A DNA stretch of 63,831 nt, counting the filler. It is 6 parts of 6 records of this genome, joined end to end, with 100 filler letters (N's around TTAATTAATTAA, not from the genome) between each part and the next. Parts side by side here need not be neighbours in the genome. Positions count along the whole stretch, not along the records: positions 1 to 20,534 come from SRR31156797_4749; 5 more parts are not named here. One strand, written 5' to 3'. The position numbers and the translations under genes are program-made. Each line of letters starts with the position of its first letter. Within the stretch, counting starts at the first letter, position 1. Under the pieces are notes generated by a model that saw nothing but the letters and a program-made list of their open reading frames with translations, did no database searches and was not told where the DNA came from. Positions 10,872 to 20,634 of the stretch are shown here, in pieces.

Positions 10872-12002
10872 TTATTTATCCAGTCCTTTTTCTTTTAACC
10901 AATCTTCCATTAAATCGGCAATTTCAACATTGTTTAAGTCGGAAAAAGGGAAATGTGTATTGCCTTTTATTCCAATTTCAGGAAGGTGAATTACTGTAAC
11001 ATCGCCACCATGTTTATTTACCGCATCGCGCCATAACCTGGCCATTTCGAGCCGGGCACGCCAGCCGTCAGTTCCCGGATTTGGATCGGGTGTTTCAGGA
11101 ATAAAATCACCATAGTAAATTACTATCGGAATTTTAGTCAGTTTCATAAAATCTTCTGTAGGAACGCCAAATGCTACCAGTTCTCCACCAGCCATTGGAA
11201 TTGGTTCCGGCACTTCTTCTTCGGGAAATAAAAAACCGCTACCTGGTTCATAAGAAACAATGGCTTTAATATTTTGATTTTTTACAGCAGTTGCCCAGCC
11301 CATTCCTCCTGAATGAGAATGAGAAACCAGGATTCCATCTCCGATTTTATCGAAAAGTGCAGAAACAGCGTCTACATTTACATTAATATCTATAGGACCT
11401 ATATTAGGCACCATTTGGCGAAAATACTGATTAAGTGCTTCCGAGTCTTCTGAAAATTGTACTCCCGGGAAATAGTCGGGCCAAACACCAACGCGAAATA
11501 TGTTAAACCAAAACTGTTCATCGGGTGTAGGGGTGATTGTTCCTTCTGCCATACTTCTTCCCGCGTTTCCACGCCTTGGCTGATCAATCACGTACACGCC
11601 ATATTTTTTTCTTAAGAAAATATTTTGAAAACCTTCTCTGCCATCGGGAGTTGTTTCCCATGTTTTCGAGAACTGCCCAATTCCATGCCACATTACCAAA
11701 GGGTATTGACGTGCTTCAGCGGGAACCTGATAAAATGCATAAGCATGGTCGCCATGAAAAGTCTGCCCTTCGGGAGTGCGCTCAATTGCATCAAAAGTTC
11801 CCGGATTTGATTTTACAGAACCGCCAACTGCAAAACTTCCTTGCTCGCTTATAATTATATGATCCTCGTAGTTTGGAGTTTCAGGTGTTTGAACACAGGA
11901 TAAGAATCCGGTAAAAATAATGAATAAAAATAGTGTGTTTTTTATTCCGAAACGCTTTGTGAACGCAGCAGAATGTCGATTAAGATGTTGTAATTTTTTC
12001 AT
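10872..12002 (-). CDS. Alpha/beta-fold hydrolase, lipoprotein
   Basis: FLSC lipobox; WETTPDGREG, DQPRRG, SHSHSG nucleophile region, GNTHF. Confidence 0.8.
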   Translation of the reverse strand: MKKLQHLNRHSAAFTKRFGIKNTLFLFIIFTGFLSCVQTPETPNYEDHIIISEQGSFAVGGSVKSNPGTFDAIERTPEGQTFHGDHAYAFYQVPAEARQYPLVMWHGIGQFSKTWETTPDGREGFQNIFLRKKYGVYVIDQPRRGNAGRSMAEGTITPTPDEQFWFNIFRVGVWPDYFPGVQFSEDSEALNQYFRQMVPNIGPIDINVNVDAVSALFDKIGDGILVSHSHSGGMGWATAVKNQNIKAIVSYEPGSGFLFPEEEVPEPIPMAGGELVAFGVPTEDFMKLTKIPIVIYYGDFIPETPDPNPGTDGWRARLEMARLWRDAVNKHGGDVTVIHLPEIGIKGNTHFPFSDLNNVEIADLMEDWLKEKGLDK

Positions 12003-12040
12003 GTTATTTATAATTTTCTTTTTCAGGTTATTTTAATATT

Positions 12041-12110
12041 ACAAATGTAAGATCTTGCTGTATAGTAATTTGTATATAAAATACGGATTGTACTACCATT
12101 TTTACGGAAT
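12041..12110 (-). promoter_or_regulatory. Bacteroidota -7 element plus candidate AraC operator (TACGGA twice, 21-bp period)
   Basis: Minus-strand TACATTTG matches TAnnTTTG at 12042-12049; TACGGA at 12082 and 12103 in the divergent region next to araC. Confidence 0.55.
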
Positions 12111-12176
12111 TTAGTGAAATAGTTGCAATAGCATTACAGGAATGATTAAATTTGAATCAAAATAAAAAATTCTGGT

Positions 12177-13073
12177 ATGGAAAATATGGACAGATTTAAT
12201 ACAGTGACAGAATATAACGTTTTCAATAATAGCGAAACCTTGCACCCTTTGGTTAGCGTTATTGATTTCTCAAAAGCTGATCCAAGAAGGTTGAAACGTA
12301 CCTATTTTGGTTTTTATCTGGTTTTATTGAAAGAGGTAAAATGTGGTGACATTCGCTACGGAAAAAGTACATATGATTATCAGGAAGGAACACTTATATT
12401 TATTGCTCCGGGGCAAATTCTTGAACCCGCTCCATCAAAAGAATTGTATCAACCCAAAGGTTTGGGAGTGGTTTTTCATCCCGATTTAATTTTGGGAACC
12501 AATCTGGGGCGGCTTATCGATGAATATACCTTTTTTAATTATCATGTAAATGAAGCGCTTCATATATCGGAACGCGAGCGTCAGCTTATTGTGGATTGTT
12601 TTTCAAAAATCAGCTTCGAATTGGAACATGCAGTTGATAAACACAGCAAAAAACTTATTTCTTCAAATATCGAGTTGTTATTGAACTACTGCGATCGGTT
12701 TTACGAACGTCAGTTTATTACCAGAGACAATGCCAATAAAGGCATTTTGGAAAAATTTGAAAAATCGCTGCAAGAATATTTTTCTTCAGAAAAACCGCAA
12801 AAAATAGGACTGCCTTCGGTGGCTTATTTTGCCGATGAGCTTCATTTGTCGGCTAATTATTTAGGCGATCTTATGAAAAAGGAAACCGGAAAATCGGCCA
12901 AAGAATATATACAGAAAAAAGTAATTAATATTGCAAAAAATAAAATTTTCGATTCAAATAAAACAGTGAGCGAAATTGCCAGTGAACTGGGATTTAAATA
13001 TTCGCAGCACTTTAGTCGGATGTTTAAAAGTGAAACGGGTTATACACCGAATGAATACCGGACTTTGAATTAA
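12177..13073 (+). CDS. AraC family transcriptional regulator
   Basis: C-terminal double HTH (SANYLGDLMKKETG; SEIASELGFKYSQHFSRMFK); divergent from the hydrolase/AKR gene run. Confidence 0.95.
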   Translation: MENMDRFNTVTEYNVFNNSETLHPLVSVIDFSKADPRRLKRTYFGFYLVLLKEVKCGDIRYGKSTYDYQEGTLIFIAPGQILEPAPSKELYQPKGLGVVFHPDLILGTNLGRLIDEYTFFNYHVNEALHISERERQLIVDCFSKISFELEHAVDKHSKKLISSNIELLLNYCDRFYERQFITRDNANKGILEKFEKSLQEYFSSEKPQKIGLPSVAYFADELHLSANYLGDLMKKETGKSAKEYIQKKVINIAKNKIFDSNKTVSEIASELGFKYSQHFSRMFKSETGYTPNEYRTLN

Positions 13074-13109
13074 AAGCAGTGTAACTTTTTTGCAAGTTTT
13101 ACGCAAATG

Positions 13110-13148
13110 AAAGATTCCATCTTTTCAAAAAGAGATGGAATCTTTTTT
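13110..13148 (+). terminator. Intrinsic terminator after araC
   Basis: AAAGATTCCATCT...AGATGGAATCTTT followed by a T-run. Confidence 0.8.
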
Positions 13149-13342
13149 ATTTCATATTATAGAAATCTATATTACACCTCCAATTTTAAATGCTTCAATT
13201 AGCATATTTAAATTTTAATATTTCCTCTCTTCGATGCACCGCTCTGCAAGTGAAGCCTTTTTTATATTTAATATTAAAATTTCAGATGAAGAATTAAAAG
13301 GATAATTTATTTACCATTCATGTATTTAAGGAATTGGAAAAG

Positions 13343-13372
13343 AAAAGGGGATAAAATCAACATTTTATCCCC
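13343..13372 (-). terminator. Orphan intrinsic terminator
   Basis: GGGGATAAAAT-N4-ATTTTATCCCC with a U-tail on the minus strand. Confidence 0.6.
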
Positions 13373-13599
13373 ACTAACACTAAACTTTCTATAGTTAATC
13401 TATAGAAAATGAATTTCTTTTTAAAAAATAAAGGTTTAAAAACCCATAATTAAATCAGGTGTTTTTATTTTTTTGTAAAACTATGAGACTTTTTATTTTT
13501 ATAATTGCGCGAATCAAACAAATGATTTTTATTGTTGTGGGAATATTTGCCCAAATCAAACAAATATTAAAAGATTATATTTTATAAATGTGAGAGGTT

Positions 13600-13630
13600 A
13601 AAAAAGGGTAAAGCCAATACTTTACCCCTT
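13600..13630 (-). terminator. Orphan intrinsic terminator
   Basis: AAAGGGTAAAG-N6-CTTTACCCTTT with a U-tail on the minus strand. Confidence 0.6.
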
Positions 13631-13905
13631 GGAATTATTGTTAATTTACATATTATGACTGTAAACTTAACTGAAAGAAAAATGTATCTTAAAACATTTC
13701 ATTTGAATTTTATGCAAGGGTACTGGTCTGTTAGTTATTCTGATTATAGAATTCAAACAAATGACTGTACAAATCAATCATTTGTGTTTTTTAATTTGTA
13801 TTTTATTTCCAATGAAACATATGTTTAATATGGTTTGTGGGTTGACTTTTTAAGTTTAAAACAGAAAACTTTCAATTTTGTAAGGATAAACAGGTGATTA
13901 AAATG

Positions 13906-13933
13906 AACTCCCCAAAATTATTTTAGGGAGTTT
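13906..13933 (-). terminator. Terminator after the flavodoxin-like gene
   Basis: AACTCCCCAAAAT-T-ATTTTAGGGAGTT hairpin about 20 nt past the stop codon. Confidence 0.6.
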
Positions 13934-13954
13934 TGTAAATCATTCGTTTTTTAC

Positions 13955-14491
13955 TTAAATACTCATTGCCATTAGAAAAGTTTCTTGCATTACCGGCATT
14001 TCTTTAACATCACCTTTTTCCCATGCCCCTGTTCCATAAATAATCCCTTTTTCTGCAGCTCCGGATAAAAGTCCGGTGAAACCTCTAAACTCCTCTATTG
14101 TTCGGTTCATAGCATGTTTATTGTTGTCGGCTGCAGTTAAAATAAAATAGAATTCGGTATTTTTAATTTCCCTGTAACGTGCACAAGTTCTGTCTATTAG
14201 CGTTTTCATTTGTGCACACATTGTATAAAAATAAACCGGAGTTGCCATAACAATAACATCCGCAGCAATCATTTTTTTCAGAATTTCAGTCATATGGTCT
14301 TTTTGAGAACATTCGTTTCCTTTAAAACAGGCTCCACATCCGGTACAATAATTTATTTCTTTTTCACGAAGTGATATTTTTTCAACCAATTGTCCGGCTT
14401 CTTTGGCACCAGCCATAAACTGATCGCAAAGGAGGTCTGAATTTCCGGATTTTCGTGGACTGGAAGAAATTATAAGAACATTTTTGGTCAT
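13955..14491 (-). CDS. Flavodoxin family / iron-sulfur flavoprotein (NADPH-dependent FMN reductase-like)
   Basis: SSSPRKSGNS FMN loop, CTGCGAC...C cluster, ATPVYF, KTLIDR. Confidence 0.88.
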   Translation of the reverse strand: MTKNVLIISSSPRKSGNSDLLCDQFMAGAKEAGQLVEKISLREKEINYCTGCGACFKGNECSQKDHMTEILKKMIAADVIVMATPVYFYTMCAQMKTLIDRTCARYREIKNTEFYFILTAADNNKHAMNRTIEEFRGFTGLLSGAAEKGIIYGTGAWEKGDVKEMPVMQETFLMAMSI

Positions 14492-14500
14492 ATTTTCCAA

Positions 14501-15499
<999 letters not shown>

Positions 15500-15540
15500 T
15501 TAATTTATTGCAAAAATCAAACAAAAACTGTAGCGATTGT

Positions 15541-15574
15541 AATAAATATCAAACAAAAGGTTACGAAAATCAAG
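15541..15574 (-). promoter_or_regulatory. Candidate AraC operator upstream of the AKR-flavodoxin operon
   Basis: TCAA half-sites 21 bp apart (15549, 15570); AAGGTTACGAAAATCAA is 15/17 identical to the site at 18538. Confidence 0.55.
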
Positions 15575-16475
15575 TATTTTTAAATTTTGTCGGATTTTGT
15601 TGTGTGTGCTTCTTAAAAAAGTTATTAAAATGAGGAACTTCTGAAAATCCGAGTGCAAAGGCAATTTCAGAAATATTCCAGTTGCTTTGTTTTAACAATA
15701 TTTTTGATTCCTGTAAAATGCGTTCGGCAATTACTTGTGTTGTCGTTTTTCCTAATGTGTTTTTTATTGCCCTGTTTAAATGGTTTACATGAACGGCAAG
15801 TTGATCTGCAAACTGAGAAGGTGTCCTGAATTCAATTTTCTGATACGATTTTTTAATTGGAAATTGCCCTTCAAGGAGTTCCAGAAATAGCATTGAAATA
15901 CGTTTGTTGCCATCTAATTGTTGGCTGCCATGTGGTTCTGAAGGTTCCATTTTCATGGCCATATGAATGAGTTCAAAAGCCAACGTTCTCAAAACATCGT
16001 TTTTATGTTCATAGTCGGTTGCAATTTCCTTAAGCATCCGTTCAAAGATTAACGTAATTGTTTTAACATCTTCGTTAGAAATTTGAAAAATATGTGTGTT
16101 CCCCGGCTTAAAAACTGAATACTGATTAATATTTCCAAATCCATTAAAAAATGCATTGTCGAAAATACAGAAAAACCCATTATGAATATGTTGTAGGTGT
16201 TCCCATTTGTAGGGAATGTGAGGATTAGAAAACGATAAAGCCTGTTTTTTTACGTCGATAATCTGATTGGCATAAAGGACTTTGGTGTCGCCTAAAACAA
16301 GCATTATTTTGTAATAATCTCTTTTTTTATAAGGAAACGATTTTGCATTTTCTCCAACATATGGATCAAGTTTAAATACATTAAAATGCCCTTTCTCCTC
16401 GTATAATTCTTCGGGAGACCATTCAAGATTATTTTCATGAAAATCATTTCTGTTATCTGTCTTGTATCGTTCCAT
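15570..16475 (-). CDS. AraC family transcriptional regulator
   Basis: HVNHLNRAIK...SEIAFALGFSEVPHFNNFFKK HTH; paralog of 16706-17611. Confidence 0.93.
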   Translation of the reverse strand: MERYKTDNRNDFHENNLEWSPEELYEEKGHFNVFKLDPYVGENAKSFPYKKRDYYKIMLVLGDTKVLYANQIIDVKKQALSFSNPHIPYKWEHLQHIHNGFFCIFDNAFFNGFGNINQYSVFKPGNTHIFQISNEDVKTITLIFERMLKEIATDYEHKNDVLRTLAFELIHMAMKMEPSEPHGSQQLDGNKRISMLFLELLEGQFPIKKSYQKIEFRTPSQFADQLAVHVNHLNRAIKNTLGKTTTQVIAERILQESKILLKQSNWNISEIAFALGFSEVPHFNNFFKKHTQQNPTKFKNT

Positions 16476-16705
16476 CGAATTTCAACTATTTATTGATAAT
16501 TTCAGTTATCAAATTTTTATTTGAACAATTTATTTAAGTTGGTTAAAACTGTATGAACGAAATTAATTAACGAAGCAGGTAAAGTCAAGTTCTTGCGACG
16601 AAAGCAAGATTTGGAGCGATGTTTAGCCAAATAATTAATTTATGGTGAAAGGTAAATTTGAAAACGGGATCGAATTTCTATCGATTTTTTAACTGCAGGT
16701 TTTTT

Positions 16706-17611
16706 TTACAAAGATGGTTTTTTGAATTTAGTAGGGCTTAAAGTTGTATGTTTTTTAAAGAAATTGTTGAAATGAGTAACTTCTGTAAAACCCAGAGCAT
16801 AAGCTATTTCAGAAACATTCCAGTTGCTGTGCCTCAGCATAATTTTTGCCTCTTGTAAAATACGTTCAGCTATCATTTGTGTTGTTGTCTTTTGCGTGGT
16901 TTCTTTCACTGCCCTGTTTAGGTGGTTTACATGAATATTTAACTGGTCGGCAAATTCAGAAGCTGAGCGAAGATTTATTTTTTGGTGGTTATCATCAATT
17001 GGAAATTGTCTTTCTAAAAGTTCAAGAAATAAAACAGAAATACGTTTGGAAGCGTTATTTTGTTGATTATTAAATTTCTCTAACGGCTGAATTTTCATGG
17101 CAAAATGCAAAAGCTCAAAAACCAGATTTCGTAAAACATCGTATTTGTGAATATAATCTGATTTGATCTCATCAAACATTTTTTTGTAGATGCCGGTAAT
17201 TTGTTCTACTTGCTCATCGGTTAATTCGAAAACATGATTTCCATTGGATTGAAATACTGAATATTGATTTAAATCGCCAAATTTATTAAAAAAGTGCTGA
17301 TTGAAAATGCAATAATACCCGGATTGAATTCTTTCCAGGTTGTCGCAGCTATATGGGATTTGCGGATTGGAGAAGAAAATTGCCTGCTTTTTTACAGGGA
17401 TTATTCTATCGGCATAATTCATGTTAATGTCGCCAACCACCAGCATTATTTTATAAAAGTCTCTTCTTTTATAGGGAAGTGGTTTTATTACTCCTGGTTC
17501 AATCGGTTCGTGCTGGAAAACGTTAAAATGGCCAATTTCATTTCTCAGATTTTCAGGGACCCATTCCAATTTTCGTTTGTAAAATTCTTCCAGGCTTTCT
17601 GTTTTTCCCAT
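16706..17611 (-). CDS. AraC family transcriptional regulator
   Basis: HVNHLNRAVK...SEIAYALGFTEVTHFNNFFKK HTH. Confidence 0.93.
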   Translation of the reverse strand: MGKTESLEEFYKRKLEWVPENLRNEIGHFNVFQHEPIEPGVIKPLPYKRRDFYKIMLVVGDINMNYADRIIPVKKQAIFFSNPQIPYSCDNLERIQSGYYCIFNQHFFNKFGDLNQYSVFQSNGNHVFELTDEQVEQITGIYKKMFDEIKSDYIHKYDVLRNLVFELLHFAMKIQPLEKFNNQQNNASKRISVLFLELLERQFPIDDNHQKINLRSASEFADQLNIHVNHLNRAVKETTQKTTTQMIAERILQEAKIMLRHSNWNVSEIAYALGFTEVTHFNNFFKKHTTLSPTKFKKPSL

Positions 17612-17662
17612 TCCGTGAATTTTTAAACTATCAGATCTTTAAAAATTTCAGAAAAATGAAGA

Positions 17663-18466
17663 CTATAATTTATTGTAATTATTGCTAAAAGTATAAACCA
17701 GGCTTACATTCCATAATAAATCTTTGCTAACAATATCACTTTTCAGTTTTTTATTAATCATAGCCGCTACCGAAAAAGGTGATTTGTCGTGTGTAAGCGA
17801 AAAACTTGAAGCAAAATAATAACCATGCTCCGCATCCATTTTTAAATAAAATACCTGAGGCGTTATATTTCCACTAATATGTTTTGTTATTCCTAAATCG
17901 GAGAAACTACTGATTAATGACAAATAATGAGATCTTTGAATTCCCGGGTCAAAACCTTTTGCTGTCAGATAATATGGTCTTATGCTAATGTTTTTTGTTA
18001 CCGTGAAAGCCGGAGCTATTTCTGCAGCTACAAATCGGCTTGCTTTTATTACCGTTTCCGGTTTTCCATCTTCGTAATAGGTCGGATTTGAAAACAAAAA
18101 TGCCGGATGTGCTCCCACACGAAGTTGAAATTTTTCATTATCAACAAATTTGTATCGCCACCAAAAAACAAACGACCAGGGTTTTCCTTCCATGGCAAAT
18201 CTAAACTGAGGATCAAAACTTAGTTTCTCCCCACCAACCGAAAGTTCAAATACTAATGCCGGTTTTCCAAGCGAAAAAGATGGGATTAATGAAATTCCGT
18301 TGTTGGTTGCACTAATTGTTCCTGAAAAATTTGTAACCTGTTTTGTGCTGTCGCTGTTTTGTGAAAAGGAAATCAAACCGGGAATTAATAAAACAAAAAC
18401 AATGAATGCTTTTTTAATTCGGTTTGATGATTCTTTTTTTTGTATGCGTAAAATTCTGTTATTCAT
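17663..18466 (-). CDS. Hypothetical exported protein, probable outer-membrane beta-barrel
   Basis: Paralog of 4702-5469 (NFSGTISATNNGISLIP, KLSFDPQFR, PQVFYLKM, WNVSLVYTF). Confidence 0.6.
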   Translation of the reverse strand: MNNRILRIQKKESSNRIKKAFIVFVLLIPGLISFSQNSDSTKQVTNFSGTISATNNGISLIPSFSLGKPALVFELSVGGEKLSFDPQFRFAMEGKPWSFVFWWRYKFVDNEKFQLRVGAHPAFLFSNPTYYEDGKPETVIKASRFVAAEIAPAFTVTKNISIRPYYLTAKGFDPGIQRSHYLSLISSFSDLGITKHISGNITPQVFYLKMDAEHGYYFASSFSLTHDKSPFSVAAMINKKLKSDIVSKDLLWNVSLVYTFSNNYNKL

Positions 18467-18520
18467 ATCCGTTATTAAATTTTGTAGGGTACAAATAAAC
18501 TCGATTTTCCCGGATAATTT

Positions 18521-18556
18521 TAACGATTTTCAAATGTAAGGTTACGAATTTCAAAC
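18521..18556 (-). promoter_or_regulatory. Candidate AraC operator upstream of the beta-barrel gene
   Basis: TAACGATTTTCAAA and TTACGAATTTCAAA direct repeats, 21-bp period. Confidence 0.55.
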
Positions 18557-18602
18557 ATTTAAGAATGAATTAAGATAGAATCGTTTTAAAAAAAATTGTG
18601 GA

Positions 18603-19526
18603 TTATTCTTTTAAATGATATTTTATGAATTGTACAATTTCTTGCATTGCTTCGGTGGCTTCTTTAAAAAATGGGGCAAGTAAAGGATAACAATGTACTT
18701 GTTCTTCGCCTTTTCTGAATGTAACATCGATGTTTGCTTTTTTTGCTTTTAGATAAAACTCCTTACCATCATCAAACAATTCATCGTTGGTTCCAGAATT
18801 AATAAACAGGGGAGGGAGTCCTTCCAGATTTCCGAATAAAGGCGAAATGAGTGGATTTTCAGGGTTGTTTTCGCCAACATAATGTTTGCTAAAAACATTC
18901 CAGGAATTCTGGGGAGCTACCGAAACTTTATTTTTTGTTTTATACGATGCGCCCGAGCAGGATAAATCGGTCCAGGGCGAAATTGCTACAGCTGCTGCTG
19001 GCATGGGAAGTTTATTTTCTTTTAATGCGAGTAAAAGTGAAAGTGTTAATCCGCCGCCTGCCGATTCTCCGGCTAAAACAATATTTTCCGGTTTATATCC
19101 CACCGATAAAATTGCGTTATAAACGGCAACAGAATCGTCGAGTGCAGCCGGAAAAGGATGTTCAGGAGCTAAACGGTATTCGTAAATAAGATTTGTAAAT
19201 CCTGTGTTTTGTGCAAATTTCGCCACAAAGTTCCGGTGGTCGCTGCACGAACCGGAAACATAACCACCGCCATGGATATAAAGAATCATCTTGTTTTTTT
19301 CGGCTCCTTCCGGTATCAGCCATTCCGATTTTATTCCGGCAATGGTATTCTTTTTTATTTCAATAGTGGCCGGAGGATTTCCGTATTTTGCTGCCCCTTT
19401 TTCGCATTGCTCACGAAAAGCTAGTATCGATGTGTTCATGTCGAAAACTTCCTTTTTTAGTTTTCCCTGCATCAGATGCCGGTTTCGCATAACGAAATTG
19501 AATATTTTACTTTTTAAACTGGCCAT
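18603..19526 (-). CDS. Alpha/beta hydrolase, HSL family esterase
   Basis: HGGG, YRLAPEHPFPAA, GESAGG, SPWTD. Confidence 0.92.
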   Translation of the reverse strand: MASLKSKIFNFVMRNRHLMQGKLKKEVFDMNTSILAFREQCEKGAAKYGNPPATIEIKKNTIAGIKSEWLIPEGAEKNKMILYIHGGGYVSGSCSDHRNFVAKFAQNTGFTNLIYEYRLAPEHPFPAALDDSVAVYNAILSVGYKPENIVLAGESAGGGLTLSLLLALKENKLPMPAAAVAISPWTDLSCSGASYKTKNKVSVAPQNSWNVFSKHYVGENNPENPLISPLFGNLEGLPPLFINSGTNDELFDDGKEFYLKAKKANIDVTFRKGEEQVHCYPLLAPFFKEATEAMQEIVQFIKYHLKE

Positions 19527-19576
19527 TTCTAATTTTTATTTCGGGGCAAAATTTCAAAAATGAAAATTAAAAATAC

Positions 19577-19590
19577 TTCACATTTGTTAA
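19577..19590. promoter_or_regulatory. Candidate Crp/Fnr-family operator
   Basis: TTCAC-ATTT-GTTAA near-palindrome between the Crp/Fnr gene stop and the esterase start. Confidence 0.4.
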
Positions 19591-19595
19591 TTAAT

Positions 19596-20165
19596 TTAAT
19601 TCGAAACCATTTTTTTACGGATGCGGCTTAACGATTGCGGAGCAATTCCAAGAAATGTGGATAGATGTTTTAACGGAATTTTTGGTACCAGTTCGGGATA
19701 TCTGTTTTGCAGGTTTTTATATCGCTGTTCAGCTGTTTGTGTTCTTATGTCCAAAAGAAGTTCCTCCATTTGTTCCTGAACTTCGTTAACAAATTTTCGG
19801 GTGAACGTGTTCCACGAGTTGAGTTTTAATAATTCATTTGCCTTTTTAAGGTCGACTTGCCAGATGATACAATTTTCGAGTGCCTGAATATTTTCGCGCG
19901 CAGGTGCCTGATTACGAAAACTCTGCTTGGAAGTAAAACAATAAGGAGCTGCTGTGAAAAACTTGGTAATGTCGTTTCCTTCGTTAAAAATGTAAAAGCG
20001 AACTAATCCTTTTTCCAGGAAATAAAAATGCCTGCAAACTGTGCCTTCAGCAATAATAATTTCGTTTTTATGAATTTCTTTTTTTTGAAAGGAATGCTGA
20101 ATAATTTTCCAATCGTTTTCGGGTAATTCGGTATATTTTTTTAAAAAGCTTTTGAATGTATTCAC
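19596..20165 (-). CDS. Crp/Fnr family regulator (cNMP-binding domain plus HTH)
   Basis: EGTVCRHFYFLEKGLVR; TAEQRY; LSTFLGIAPQSLSRIRK. Confidence 0.88.
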   Translation of the reverse strand: MNTFKSFLKKYTELPENDWKIIQHSFQKKEIHKNEIIIAEGTVCRHFYFLEKGLVRFYIFNEGNDITKFFTAAPYCFTSKQSFRNQAPARENIQALENCIIWQVDLKKANELLKLNSWNTFTRKFVNEVQEQMEELLLDIRTQTAEQRYKNLQNRYPELVPKIPLKHLSTFLGIAPQSLSRIRKKMVSN

Positions 20166-20313
20166 CGGTTTTTTGAATAGCGATTTATAAAGCTAAAAAT
20201 AGAGCTAAGAAAAATTAAAAACAAAAAGGACAGGCCCGAATTTTGAATTTTCTAAACCCATCCTTTTTTATTGATTTATAATTTTTTACAGAACCAACTT
20301 CAACGTTTTTAAT

Positions 20314-20534
20314 CTATTCGTTCAGTTTTAACTGATAAACCCTGACGTACTCCAATTCATATTCATGAGGAAATAATGTGTCGTCGATTCCTTTTTGTCC
20401 GCCCAGTCCACCGCCAATTGCCAGATTTACTATTAGGTGAAAAGGTTGATCAAACGGCCATGAGGGTGAACCATTTCCATCATTTTCAAAAGTGAAATAA
20501 TGAAAACCGTCGACATAACTTCGTATTTCATTTT
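20314..20534 (-). CDS. Glycoside hydrolase family 16, C-terminal fragment (5'-truncated by contig end)
   Basis: Manual translation ...YVDGFHYFTFENDGNGSPSWPFDQPFHLIVNLAIGGGLGGQKGIDD...EYVRVYQ, the characteristic GH16 C-terminus. Confidence 0.8.
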
Positions 20535-20634
20535 NNNNNNNNNNNNNNNNNNNNNNNNNNNNNNNNNNNNNNNNNNNNTTAATTAATTAANNNNNNNNNN
20601 NNNNNNNNNNNNNNNNNNNNNNNNNNNNNNNNNN
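20535..20634. other. Artificial contig spacer
   Basis: N-run, TTAATTAATTAA (stops in all six frames), N-run. Confidence 0.98.

Noticed and set aside
13655-13828. Plus-strand ORF of about 57 codons in the AT-rich intergenic region
   Set aside because: No recognisable motif or supporting signals; consistent with chance.
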